A stretch of DNA of 40,464 nucleotides. Origin: Methanomassiliicoccales archaeon (GTDB lineage: Archaea; Thermoplasmatota; Thermoplasmata; Methanomassiliicoccales; UBA472). The DNA is taken from positions 1 through 40,464 of the forward strand of contig JBEKDM010000003.1 of the NCBI GenBank assembly GCA_050014375.1, in the 5' to 3' direction. A program made the translations under genes and the position numbers. Positions 1-9,938 of the stretch are shown here, piece by piece. The notes beneath the pieces were generated by a model. The model was not told the DNA's origin and made no database searches. It saw only the letters and a list, made by a program, of their open reading frames with translations. The stretch's first letter is position 1; every line of letters begins with the position of its first letter.

Positions 1-1031
1 ACACCCTGCCGGACATGAGAGAGGCAGAGAAGGGCCTGAGGGAAGGAATGGACAAGAAGTCATCCTACCCGGAGAAGGTCATCGAGTCCATCGAAGTTGC
101 AGCCAAGAACGGCGCCGATGTCCTCTCGATCGAATCCATGGGTGGCAAGGAGATGTCCGACTACGGTATCCTGCACCAGGATATCCGCGGATGGCTCTTC
201 GGTATCGGCTACCTGGGCTCCATCGACATGGAGTACATGTGGACCAAGATCGTTGACATCGCCAAGAAGAACAAGGTCATCGCTGGCGGAGACACAAACT
301 GCGCCGGTGCCAACACCTCGATGTTCATGGCCGGTGGCTACTTGGACAAGGATATCCCGAGGACCTTCGCGGCAGTTACCCGCTGCATCGCTTCCGCCAG
401 AACCCTGGTGGCAATCGAGTGCGGTGCAACTGGCCCGGACAAGGACTGCGGCTATGAAGGCCCGATCCTGAAGGCCATCTCTGGACGCCCATCCGCCCAA
501 GAGGGAAAGGGAGCTCAGGACGCCCACGCTGATCTGATGGGTAACCTGATCGCCTCGACCTGCGACCTGTGGAGCAACGAGTCGGTTGAATACCACCCCG
601 AGTTCGGTGGCTCATCCGTCCAGTGCTGGCTCGGAGTCATAGGATACGAAGCGGCCTTGATGAACACGGCAAAGCAGCTGAAGCAGGACAAGATCCTCAG
701 GGACATCTACGCTGCATGCGACTCGTACAGATCCCCAGAGGCGTTCTGCCTGAGGTACGACAACGCCTACAAGATCGGTGAGGCAATTGTCGCAGAAGGC
801 AACAGCACCTACCTGAGGTCAAGGGCAGCCGGTCTGAAGGCAGCCGAATTGATCGCAGAGTCCGCCAAGTCCAAGAACGGCCTGAAGCTCTCCAAGCACG
901 AGAGCGACATGCTGAACAAGGTCACGACCGACTTGAAAGCCCTGCCGGATGAGGAGTCCAAGTTCCTCGACCAGTGCCTAAAGGCCTACAAGGACGTCCA
1001 GGCGTTCAACCCGAAGAACTACGAGTTGTAA
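1..1031 (+). CDS. mtaB: Methanol:corrinoid methyltransferase MtaB (5' end lies before the window)
   Basis: Frame is open from the window edge. Motifs GADVLSIESMGGKE, GGDTNCAGANT, GPDKDCGYEG and DLWSNESV are typical of MtaB. Adjacent to a corrinoid protein gene. Confidence 0.93.
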   Translation, partial: TLPDMREAEKGLREGMDKKSSYPEKVIESIEVAAKNGADVLSIESMGGKEMSDYGILHQDIRGWLFGIGYLGSIDMEYMWTKIVDIAKKNKVIAGGDTNCAGANTSMFMAGGYLDKDIPRTFAAVTRCIASARTLVAIECGATGPDKDCGYEGPILKAISGRPSAQEGKGAQDAHADLMGNLIASTCDLWSNESVEYHPEFGGSSVQCWLGVIGYEAALMNTAKQLKQDKILRDIYAACDSYRSPEAFCLRYDNAYKIGEAIVAEGNSTYLRSRAAGLKAAELIAESAKSKNGLKLSKHESDMLNKVTTDLKALPDEESKFLDQCLKAYKDVQAFNPKNYEL

Positions 1032-1062
1032 AACTCATAGGTTCGGAAAACTTCTTCCAAAA

Positions 1063-1085
1063 CCTTTTACTTCTTTTCCTTGTTC
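1063..1085 (+). terminator. Archaeal pyrimidine/T-rich terminator after mtaB
   Basis: ccttttacttcttttccttgttc about 30 nt after the TAA. Confidence 0.5.
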
Positions 1086-1375
1086 ATTGATCTGATTTCT
1101 AACCGCTCAGTATTTCGACCCAAGAAATATCCGGTCTTATCGGAAGATTAGTAATAATCGGTCCAGAGCCCAGTCAATTTGATATTTTATATGATTGGTA
1201 ACTGAAATCCCTGAATCCTTCAATGTTCAGAAATATCTACATGTGGCATGGATCCGAAGTTTTTAATTAACGTTCTTCGAAACAAAATGGACTATAAATA
1301 TTATTAAAGTGAATCCCCCTTTCACGGGACATCTTAATGGAATCTCGTGATTCAACACTGACGGGTGGTGTCTAG

Positions 1376-2161
1376 GTGCTTGACCTTAGTGATATCGATT
1401 TTGAACCGATCTTCAAGAGGTATGATATCCTAGTCGAGGCCAAGGAGAAACCGGAGGACATCGCTGCCAAGATCTTGCCCAAGGACCCACTTCTGAAGAA
1501 GGTCGCCGAGGATGTGGTCCAGATGCGTTACAAAGACATCGAGGCCGACACCAAAGCGGCTTTGACCAAGTTCAGTCCGGAGGAGGTTGTCGAAAAAGGG
1601 CTCCTAAAAGGCATGGAAGTGATTTCCGAGCTGTACGGTCGTGGGATCTACTATCTGCCCCAGGTGATGGTGGCTGCCGATGCTTTCGACATCGGATTGA
1701 AGTTCGCAGAACGGACAATGAAAGGCCAGTTCCTCGGTAAAGGAAAAGTGGTCATGCATGTTGCCGAAGGTGACCCGCATGACATCGGCAAGAACATCGC
1801 CGTAGTTTTGTTCCGTTCGAACGGCTTCCAAGTCATCGATATGGGCAGGGACGTACCAGTGGATGACGTGGTCAAGACGGTGGTCAGGGTAGACGCCAAT
1901 GTTCTTACCGGTACCGCGTTGATGACCGCCACAATGTCAGCATTCCCGAAAATCGCCCGGAGGCTGGTGGAAAAGGGGATTGAGATACCTTTCATATGTG
2001 CTGGCGGGGCCGTGAACCGGAGCTATATCGAGTCATTCCCACTGGGCATCTATGCCGAAAAGGCTGCCCAGGGGCTCGTCTTGGCAAACAAGGCCATCGA
2101 CGGTTGGGACTGGAAAAAGATCAGACAGAATTGGGACGACCTCAAGAACGGCAGAGCCTGA
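1376..2161 (+). CDS. mtaC: Methanol corrinoid protein MtaC
   Basis: B12-binding motif EGDPHDIGKN (DxHxxG), GTALMT and GGAVN. GTG start preceded by SD-like ggtggtg. Confidence 0.9.
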   Translation: MLDLSDIDFEPIFKRYDILVEAKEKPEDIAAKILPKDPLLKKVAEDVVQMRYKDIEADTKAALTKFSPEEVVEKGLLKGMEVISELYGRGIYYLPQVMVAADAFDIGLKFAERTMKGQFLGKGKVVMHVAEGDPHDIGKNIAVVLFRSNGFQVIDMGRDVPVDDVVKTVVRVDANVLTGTALMTATMSAFPKIARRLVEKGIEIPFICAGGAVNRSYIESFPLGIYAEKAAQGLVLANKAIDGWDWKKIRQNWDDLKNGRA

Positions 2162-2178
2162 TTTTCGTTCCCATAACG

Positions 2179-2203
2179 TTTGTTTCCATTCCCTTTGTTT
2201 TTT
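2179..2203 (+). terminator. T-rich terminator after mtaC
   Basis: tttgtttccattccctttgtttttt just downstream of the stop. Confidence 0.5.
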
Positions 2204-2388
2204 GTCAGAGATCGATTTAACAAAACAGCAACGGCGACGAAGAATTCAATATATGCTGGTATGCTATTCTTTGGCGGACAGAAACCGTTCTGTCTAACCC
2301 ATGTAGGTCATTGTTAGTCGTATAGGAATCTTAACAATCGCTAACATTATATATCGTCTAGACAGGTCAGGAAATGGAGTGAAGGAAA

Positions 2389-3312
2389 ATGCTCTACAAT
2401 AACGTGCTCGAAACCATCGGCAGGACGCCGATAGTGCGTTTGAACAAGATCGTGCCAGAAGAGGCCGCCACCGTTTACGCTAAACTGGAATCGTTCAACC
2501 CAATGCATTCGGTGAAGGACCGGATCGCCTTGGCCATGATCGAAGATGCGGAGAAGAGAGGCATACTTGTGCCAGGGAAGAAGGTCGTCGTGGAACCGAC
2601 ATCGGGCAATACCGGTATCGGTCTGGCGATGGTCTGCGCCGCCAAGGGTTACGAACTGGTCTTGACGATGCCCGAGACATTCTCAGTGGAGCGCAGGAAG
2701 CTGCTCGCGGCATTGGGGGCAAGACTGGTGCTGACCCCCGGACCCGAAGGCATGCCGGGTGCCATATGCAAGGCCAAGGAACTGTGCGAGAGCGACCCCA
2801 AGAACTTCATACCGTTGCAATTCGATAACCCAGCGAACCCGAAGATCCATCTCGAGACGACCGCTAGGGAGATATTGGCCGACATTCCCGCTCCGGACGC
2901 TTTCATCTCCGGCGTGGGAACCGGAGGAACGGTCACCGGAGTTGGCACGTACTTTAAGTCCAAAGGTCTAAAGACCCTCATCGTAGCGGTCGAGCCATCC
3001 GGTTCCCCGGTGTTGTCCGGTGGAAAGAGAGGACCTCATAAGATCCAGGGGATCGGTGCGGGCTTCATTCCTGGGGTTCTCGACCTCAAGGTAGTGGATC
3101 GGATCATGCAGATCAAGGACGAAGATGCCGCCGAACACACCCGGCTACTGGCTAAGAAGGAAGGTATACTGGCTGGGATATCGTCTGGCGCTGCATTGGC
3201 CGCCGCGGTACAGGTGGCAAAGGAGCTGGGTAAGGGCAAGAAAGTGGTGTTCATCGCGCCCGACACAGGCGAGAGATACCTGAGCACCGATCTGTTTGGT
3301 CCTACACAATAA
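2389..3312 (+). CDS. cysK: Cysteine synthase A (O-acetylserine sulfhydrylase)
   Basis: PLP lysine motif [32 protein letters not shown] and [13 protein letters not shown]-like ttatatat at ~2348 and SD ggagtga. Confidence 0.95.
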   Translation: MLYNNVLETIGRTPIVRLNKIVPEEAATVYAKLESFNPMHSVKDRIALAMIEDAEKRGILVPGKKVVVEPTSGNTGIGLAMVCAAKGYELVLTMPETFSVERRKLLAALGARLVLTPGPEGMPGAICKAKELCESDPKNFIPLQFDNPANPKIHLETTAREILADIPAPDAFISGVGTGGTVTGVGTYFKSKGLKTLIVAVEPSGSPVLSGGKRGPHKIQGIGAGFIPGVLDLKVVDRIMQIKDEDAAEHTRLLAKKEGILAGISSGAALAAAVQVAKELGKGKKVVFIAPDTGERYLSTDLFGPTQ

Positions 3313-3908
3313 ACCCAATCGGACCGTCAGTTCTCAAAGGAAAGCTCGACCGGTCCGATCTACCCCTCGTAGGCGTCGGTAAGCTCGTCCTTAATGCAAT
3401 GATTCATATCCTAGGGGGTAGCCTATTCGTTAATGACCTCTGCGTCCTGTTCATTCCGTTTGCCGTCCGGCTCATGGTACGCAATTGGCGCGGAGGCCCA
3501 AGTAGCCTCAAGGTCGGGAGCAGGCGCAATAGGCCCTGATTCTTTGATAGCAGTGATGTTCCCAGCGTCATTCTGGGTCAATATGTCCCATCATCCATCC
3601 ATTCCTCGATTCGTTCCATTTTAATGGCAAAGTGAGCAGCCCGACGACCAGGATGAAGGCTAACAAGATTCTGGCGATCTTGATCTGCCGGAAGGCCCAT
3701 CGGTACTCGATGTAGAACAGGTTCCGGATCGCGGTCGCACAGTCTCGCATTTGTGTGGCTGAAACTCTTCATCATCGGCGCCTTGCTCTTGCTGCCCAAT
3801 CGTTGAGAGATGGGATCTCGACAAACTCGTCTATATCCAGAACAGTCGAGCCAGTAATCTGACCGTAAGGAAAAATATTTGAGCCTGAATCTGTTTCAAG
3901 CATTCGCC

Positions 3909-4559
3909 ATGAGTTGGAAGGACTCCGTCTATACCGTTCTGGAACGCGATCCCGCGGCCAGGTCGTTCAAGGAGGCGCTGCTGTTCAGTCCGGGTCTTCA
4001 CGCGATCCTGCTCCAGAAGATATCCCGTCAGCAGTTCTTGAAGGGCAACATTCTGCTGGCCCGGGCCATAAACTATTTTGGACGGTTCCTGACCGGGGCG
4101 GACATACACCCCGGGGCAACCATCGGCAAAGGCTTTTTTATCGACCACGCCACCGGTGTCGTCATTGGCGAGACCACCATCATCGGGGAGAACGTGTCCA
4201 TCTTCCAAGGTGTGACACTGGGCGGTGTGAGCACCAGCAAAGGGAAGCGTCACCCCACGATTGGCAACAACGTCACCATCGGCGCCGGGGCCATTGTTCT
4301 CGGCAACATCACCATCGGAGACTGTGTCAGGATTGGCGCCGGATCCGTCGTGACCAAGGATGTGCCCCAGAACTGCACCGTGGTCGGCGTGCCCGGCCGC
4401 GTGGTCAAAAGGGAAGGCGTCCCGGTCATCAAGATCGACCTTCGCCATGACGAATTGCCAGACCCGTTGCGCGATGCCATCACCAACATCTCCGAAAAGA
4501 TATCGGAATTGGACCGGCGGCTTGCACTTTTAGAAGAACAGCTAAAAAAGCAGAAATAA
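3909..4559 (+). CDS. cysE: Serine O-acetyltransferase
   Basis: RDPAARS, DIHPGATIG, IDHATGVVIGET hexapeptide repeats and KRHPTIG. Start placed at ATG 3909, about 26 nt after an AT-rich box. Confidence 0.93.
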   Translation: MSWKDSVYTVLERDPAARSFKEALLFSPGLHAILLQKISRQQFLKGNILLARAINYFGRFLTGADIHPGATIGKGFFIDHATGVVIGETTIIGENVSIFQGVTLGGVSTSKGKRHPTIGNNVTIGAGAIVLGNITIGDCVRIGAGSVVTKDVPQNCTVVGVPGRVVKREGVPVIKIDLRHDELPDPLRDAITNISEKISELDRRLALLEEQLKKQK

Positions 4560-4590
4560 CCATAGTTGTATGTCTCGCGCGGCGATGCGC

Positions 4591-5988
4591 ATGGGATTGT
4601 CACTTTACAACACGATGACCAAGCAGGCCGAGGAGTTCGTACCCATCGATGATCGGAAGGTCAGGATGTACGTCTGCGGTGTCACGGTCTACAATGACAT
4701 ACACATGGGACATGCCCGGTCCATCATAGTTTTTGATATGATCGCCCGGTACCTCAAGTTCAAGGGATATGGGGTCACCCTGGTCACCAATTTCACCGAC
4801 GTGGACGACAAGATCATCAACCGTGCCAACGAGATGGGGATAAAGCCGCTCGAGCTGTCAGCGATGTACATCGAGAAATATTTCGAGGACATCGAGAAGC
4901 TGGGGGTGAAGAAGGCCGACATTTACCCAAAAGCCAGCGAATGCATTCCAGAGATCATCGCCATGGTCAAGCGCATCATCGACAACGGCTTTGGATATGT
5001 TACCGAGGACGGTAGCGTCTATTTCTCCGTCGACAAGGTCACGGAATACGGAAAGCTTTCGGGCAACAAACAGGAGGAGATGATCTCCGGCGCACGGGTA
5101 TGCGTGGACGACATCAAGGCCAATCCGATGGACTTCTGCCTGTGGAAGGCGGCCAAGCCAGGCGAGGTATCGTGGCCGTCACCCTGGGGCGAAGGACGTC
5201 CCGGCTGGCACATCGAGTGCAGCGCCATGTGCCTGAAGTACCTGGGGGAAACGATCGACATCCACGGTGGCGGGAACGACCTGATATTCCCGCACCACGA
5301 GAACGAGATCCTCCAGTCGGAGTCTGTGACCGGAAAGCCGCTGGCCAAGTATTGGCTGCATAACGGCATGCTCCAGGTGCAGGACGCCAAGATGTCCAAG
5401 TCGATGAAGAACTTCTTTACCGTCAAGGACGTCGCCGACCATTACAAGACCCAGGAGATCCGTTTCTACCTGCTCAACACCCATTATCGCGGGCCGCTCA
5501 ACTATAGTGAGAGCGTGCTCAACGAGGCGGCGTCCAGCCTGAAACGCATCCAGAACTCCTACACCGAGCTGAAGGACTATGCGCCGACTGCCACCGGCAG
5601 CTACGACGCCGAAGACCTGGTGAAGAAGACCAGGAACGAGTTCATCGAGCAGATGGACGACGATTTTAACTCCCGCGGGGCGATAGCGGCGATCTTCGAA
5701 GCCGCCCGTGAATCGAACAAGCTCATGGACCATGAGATGTTCTCCAAGAAAGGTGCGGAAAGCGTCATTTCGCTGTTCGAGGAGCTGGATAAGATTCTCG
5801 GCATCCTGCCCCAAACCGAGAAGAAGGCGGACCGTCTGGACGATGTTATGCAGATCCTCATCGAAGTGCGCAAGGAGCTGCGCAAGCGCAAGGCATATGA
5901 CCTGGCGGACCATATCCGAAACCAGCTGGCCGAGAAGAGCATCATACTGGAGGACACCGCGGAGGGCGTGAGATGGAAGCAGGCCTGA
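4591..5988 (+). CDS. cysS: Cysteine--tRNA ligase (class I)
   Basis: YVCGVTVY..HMGH (HIGH), GRPGWHIECSAM, DIHGGGNDLIFPHHENE and KMSKS. Start may alternatively be 4570 or 4585. Confidence 0.96.
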   Translation: MGLSLYNTMTKQAEEFVPIDDRKVRMYVCGVTVYNDIHMGHARSIIVFDMIARYLKFKGYGVTLVTNFTDVDDKIINRANEMGIKPLELSAMYIEKYFEDIEKLGVKKADIYPKASECIPEIIAMVKRIIDNGFGYVTEDGSVYFSVDKVTEYGKLSGNKQEEMISGARVCVDDIKANPMDFCLWKAAKPGEVSWPSPWGEGRPGWHIECSAMCLKYLGETIDIHGGGNDLIFPHHENEILQSESVTGKPLAKYWLHNGMLQVQDAKMSKSMKNFFTVKDVADHYKTQEIRFYLLNTHYRGPLNYSESVLNEAASSLKRIQNSYTELKDYAPTATGSYDAEDLVKKTRNEFIEQMDDDFNSRGAIAAIFEAARESNKLMDHEMFSKKGAESVISLFEELDKILGILPQTEKKADRLDDVMQILIEVRKELRKRKAYDLADHIRNQLAEKSIILEDTAEGVRWKQA

Positions 5989-7007
5989 GCGTCGCGATGA
6001 AGAAAGCCATCCTGATCACGGGTGGACCGCTCAAGATACCGAAGGATATGGTCCTGCCGTTCACGCCCAGTCGGTCCACCGCAGGTCCCGGTGCCGGTTC
6101 CACGTCGATCGTGATAGCTTTTGAGGGCGCCCGATGCAAGAAGGCCATAAACCGTGAGGCGGGCGAGTTCGAGCTTGTCCCCAAGGACGGCGGTTACCGC
6201 ATGCTGCGGAATGGTCAACCGTTCCTCGAGGACGTCGAGATAAAGCCTACGATCGCGCACGCGCCGGAGCAGGCGTTCTTCAACCTGTCCCAGGACTGCA
6301 TCTACGACTGCAAGTTCTGTGCGTCTCGAAAGCTGGACCAGCGCATCACCAAGAACCTCTCGCCCGAGCGGGTGGTTCAGATGGCGGTCGAAGCGTCGAA
6401 GAAGCAGGGATTCAAATCGGTGTCGTTCACCAGTGCAGTGGTCGATTCACCAGAGAAGACGGTGGAACGCCTGATTTATGTCGTCCGAGAAGTGCGCAAG
6501 GCGCTGCCTGATGTGCCTATCGGAGTCGAACCATATCTATCGAAGATGGACGACATCGAGGAGTTGAAATTGGCCGGCGCTACCGAGATCAAGCTGAACA
6601 TCGAGACATTCGACCCGGACCGGTTCGCCAAGGTGTGCGGGAAGCTGCACTACGATTTCGTCCTCGAGGCATTGGACCATGCTGTGGAGGTGTTCGGCGA
6701 GGGCAAGGTGACCACAAACCTGCTGGTCGGGCTCGGCGAGTCTGACGAAAACCTGCTGGACGGCATACGGTACTTCGCTGAGAGGGGCATCGTGGCGACG
6801 CTGCGCCCGCTGCGCATCAACAACTTCAACCGGGAGGCCCTGACCGAGGCACTTGGCCCGCTAGAGCCAGTCACTCCGGAACGGATCGTGGACCTGGCGA
6901 TAAAGGCAAAGGTTATCATGGAAGAGAACGGCATTACCTCCAAGACCTATCACACGATGTGCCACGAATGCGGGTGCTGCGATATCGTGCCTTTCCGAGA
7001 CCTTTGA
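5973..7007 (+). CDS. Radical SAM protein of unknown function (biotin/lipoate-synthase-like fold) with C-terminal Cys cluster
   Basis: CxxxCxxC motif CIYDCKFC, N-terminal SRSTAGPGAG and C-terminal CHECGCCD. GGAGG lies 7 nt before ATG 5973 and the gene overlaps the cysS stop. Confidence 0.8.
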   Translation: MEAGLSVAMKKAILITGGPLKIPKDMVLPFTPSRSTAGPGAGSTSIVIAFEGARCKKAINREAGEFELVPKDGGYRMLRNGQPFLEDVEIKPTIAHAPEQAFFNLSQDCIYDCKFCASRKLDQRITKNLSPERVVQMAVEASKKQGFKSVSFTSAVVDSPEKTVERLIYVVREVRKALPDVPIGVEPYLSKMDDIEELKLAGATEIKLNIETFDPDRFAKVCGKLHYDFVLEALDHAVEVFGEGKVTTNLLVGLGESDENLLDGIRYFAERGIVATLRPLRINNFNREALTEALGPLEPVTPERIVDLAIKAKVIMEENGITSKTYHTMCHECGCCDIVPFRDL

Positions 7008-7036
7008 TAAAGGGTCATATTATCATTCGTACAACT

Positions 7037-7064
7037 AGATTTAGGCTCTCCTAAATCTTATATA
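7037..7064 (+). promoter_or_regulatory. DtxR-family operator palindrome abutting a TATA box
   Basis: Perfect inverted repeat AGATTTAGG-ctct-CCTAAATCT (7037-7058) directly followed by TTATATA, about 25 nt before the dtxR ATG. TTAGG..CCTAA is the core of DtxR/IdeR/MntR boxes. Confidence 0.8.
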
Positions 7065-7088
7065 GTGCATGCTTGGTTCGACCATTCA

Positions 7089-7796
7089 ATGGTGAGCGAG
7101 AACATCGAAGAATACCTAGAGACCATCTGGGAGCTAACCCAGAGAGGGGGTCCGGCCAAAACCACGGACATCGCCTCGGAACTGAAGGTATCGCCGGCTA
7201 GCGTCACGGAGATGATACAGAAGCTGGCGGAAGAGGGTTATGTCCTTTACGAGAAGTACAAGGGGGTGACGCTGACCGAGGAAGGGAACCGCATAGGGGC
7301 CAAGATCAAGCGCCGGCACCGGCTGCTGGAAAGGTTCCTGGTTGACATCCTGGGTGTTAGCAATGAGAAGAGCCACGAAGAGGCCTGCAAGCTCGAGCAC
7401 ACCATCTCCGACGTTAGCGAGAAGAGCCTATGTCAGATGATGAACAATCCGCAGACCTCCCCGAAGGGAAAACCTATCCCCAAATGCGAGAACAACTGCC
7501 TGGATTGCATAGGTGAGCCCACCATATCCATGTCAATGCTGAAGCCGGGCGAGGCCGGCTTGATCACTCATCTGAAGTGCAACGAGTCTGCCAAGGTGAG
7601 GCGTATCATTTCCATGGGCTTTGTCCCCGGACGCAAGGTGTGCGTCGAGGAGGAACTGCCCATGGGAGGACCGATCCTGGTCAGCATGGAGGAGAGCAGG
7701 ATAGCGCTGGCACGGGAATACGCCGCCATGGTCTTCGTGCAGAAGGCCGGCACTTGCGGCAGAGAGCGAGGTAACCCCCAGGCGAGGGTCGTTTAA
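7089..7796 (+). CDS. DtxR/MntR-family metal-dependent repressor with C-terminal FeoA domain
   Basis: EEYLETI, HTH VSPASVTEM, RRHRLLERFL and EACKLEH. FeoA-like tail RRIISMGFVPG...GGPILV...IALARE. Confidence 0.9.
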   Translation: MVSENIEEYLETIWELTQRGGPAKTTDIASELKVSPASVTEMIQKLAEEGYVLYEKYKGVTLTEEGNRIGAKIKRRHRLLERFLVDILGVSNEKSHEEACKLEHTISDVSEKSLCQMMNNPQTSPKGKPIPKCENNCLDCIGEPTISMSMLKPGEAGLITHLKCNESAKVRRIISMGFVPGRKVCVEEELPMGGPILVSMEESRIALAREYAAMVFVQKAGTCGRERGNPQARVV

Positions 7797-9703
7797 TGGA
7801 GGTCGCCCTGGTCGGGCACCCGAACGTCGGAAAATCCGTTCTTTTCAATAGGATGACCGGCGTGGGTGCGATATCATCCAACTATCCAGGCACCACGGTC
7901 GAGTATCTCGAAGGTACCGTCGTGCACAAGGGCGTGACCCTCCACGTATACGATCTGCCTGGCACGTACGGGCTCAATGGCATCACCGAGGACGAGGTGG
8001 TTGCGGTCAAACTGCTGGCGGAGCACCGGCCCGACGTGGTTGTTGCCGTTGCCGACGCCACCCGTCTCGAGCCCAGTCTAGTGATGATATACCAGCTCAT
8101 CGAGCTGGGCTTCAACGTCATCGTGGCGCTCAATTTCATGGACGTGGCGCGCCGCCGTCACCAGATCGACTTCAAGCTGCTCCAGGACATTCTCAGGGTG
8201 CCGGTCGTGCCGATGGTGGCCCTCACCGAGGAAGGCGTTGACGTACTGGTCGAGTCCATCATAGAGAACAGGGCGGCCGTGTCCGATTTCAAGATCAAGT
8301 ATGCCGAGGACATCGAGAAAGTCATCGACCTGATGACCCCTGAGGCTTCGACCGTGAGATCGGAGTATCCTGTCAGGGGCGCCCTGCTAAAGTTGCTCGA
8401 GGGGAACCAGTACTTCACCGAACATCTTCCGGAGGGCGTCAAGCAGATGTCGATGGAGGAACGGGACCGGTTCAAGCTCAAGCACGACGAGGACATCGAT
8501 GTGCACATCAACCGGGACAGATACGGCGAGGCAGGTCTCACCATTCGACGTGTGCAAAGCCGTGTCGAACGGAAACTGACCAGGGCGGAACGTATATCCG
8601 AGATAACCTTGAAACCCTCCACCGGGATCCCTATCTTGCTGACCGTGTTGGTCGGCGTTTTCATTTCGATCGTGATCATCGGGGGGTTGCTGGAAAGTGT
8701 GCTATCGCAGATCTACCTGGACCTCACCTCGGGATTCTTCTCATGGATGGCAACGGCCATCGGTGGCACGTTCGGGCAGTCCATATCCAGCGGCATCAAC
8801 CTATCGATCCAGGCGATCATTTCGATCGTTATCCCGTACATTTTGGTGTTCTACCTGATATTGGCGTTGCTGGAGGACTCGGGATATCTGCCCCGAGTGG
8901 TCATCCTGCTCGATGGTGTCATGCATAAGTTCGGCCTTCATGGCCGTGCGATAATCCCTATGATCGTCGGTACCGGGTGCAATGTGCCGGCGATACTGGC
9001 CACCAGGGTCATGGAGTCCAAGAGGGAGAGGCTCATCCTGGCCACGATCACGATCTTGGCAGTGCCTTGTTCGGCGCAGACCGTGGTCATACTCGGGACC
9101 ATAGGCAAGTTCGGCAGCATCTGGTATGCAGCGCTGATCTACCTGATCCTGCTGGCGATACTGCTTGTCCTCGGCCGGTTGCTGAACCATTACATGAAGT
9201 TCGAACCCTCTGGATTGATGTTCGAGATCCCGGATATGGCCATGCCCCATCCGCGTAACGTCCTGTTCAAGACCTGGCTTCGGGTCAAGGACTTCTTCGT
9301 GGTGGCGTTCCCGATACTGCTCGTGGGAAGCCTGGTGCTGGAGTTCTTGATGAACTACGGCGTCCTCGGCTCACTGGTGGACCCGCTTTCACCATTCACC
9401 GTTGGGTTCCTTGGGCTGCCGGCGGTCATCATCGTGGCGCTCATCTTCGGCGTGATGCGGAAGGAGATGTCGCTGCAGCTGCTAGTCATCCTGTTCGGCA
9501 CTGCTAACCTGGCGTCGGTGATGAGCCCGGAGCAGTTGTTCGTGTTCGCGCTGATCATGGCCACGTATGTGCCGTGCATGTCGGCTATGGCGGTCATGGT
9601 GAAGGAGTTCGGGCTCAAGGACTCGATGAAGGTAACGCTGGCGTCGCTGGCGATCGCGTTCTCGCTGGGCGGGTTGGTGCACTTTCTATTCACGCTGCAT
9701 TGA
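7796..9703 (+). CDS. feoB: Ferrous iron transporter FeoB
   Basis: G1 GHPNVGKS, NYPGTTVE, DLPGTY, LEDSGYLPR and GCNVPA, with multiple TM segments. Overlaps the upstream stop (TAATG). Confidence 0.95.
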   Translation: MEVALVGHPNVGKSVLFNRMTGVGAISSNYPGTTVEYLEGTVVHKGVTLHVYDLPGTYGLNGITEDEVVAVKLLAEHRPDVVVAVADATRLEPSLVMIYQLIELGFNVIVALNFMDVARRRHQIDFKLLQDILRVPVVPMVALTEEGVDVLVESIIENRAAVSDFKIKYAEDIEKVIDLMTPEASTVRSEYPVRGALLKLLEGNQYFTEHLPEGVKQMSMEERDRFKLKHDEDIDVHINRDRYGEAGLTIRRVQSRVERKLTRAERISEITLKPSTGIPILLTVLVGVFISIVIIGGLLESVLSQIYLDLTSGFFSWMATAIGGTFGQSISSGINLSIQAIISIVIPYILVFYLILALLEDSGYLPRVVILLDGVMHKFGLHGRAIIPMIVGTGCNVPAILATRVMESKRERLILATITILAVPCSAQTVVILGTIGKFGSIWYAALIYLILLAILLVLGRLLNHYMKFEPSGLMFEIPDMAMPHPRNVLFKTWLRVKDFFVVAFPILLVGSLVLEFLMNYGVLGSLVDPLSPFTVGFLGLPAVIIVALIFGVMRKEMSLQLLVILFGTANLASVMSPEQLFVFALIMATYVPCMSAMAVMVKEFGLKDSMKVTLASLAIAFSLGGLVHFLFTLH

Positions 9704-9938
9704 CGCCCTTAGCCTTGATGTGCCCCGCCTGACCATGATGGGAATCAATAGTTAGTAGTTCAGATTTATAACATGGATGTACGAACTTTTCCTCCTCAAT
9801 GCCTCCGGCCCTACCGCTGGGTTTGGATATTTTGCGCCTTACCTGACGCCATCAACAATGAGGCACCCCATAGGGGAGCGTTCCTGGTGCTATTTACATT
9901 GGACATTCTATGGGCGACCCTCACCATCTGGGAAGCGA

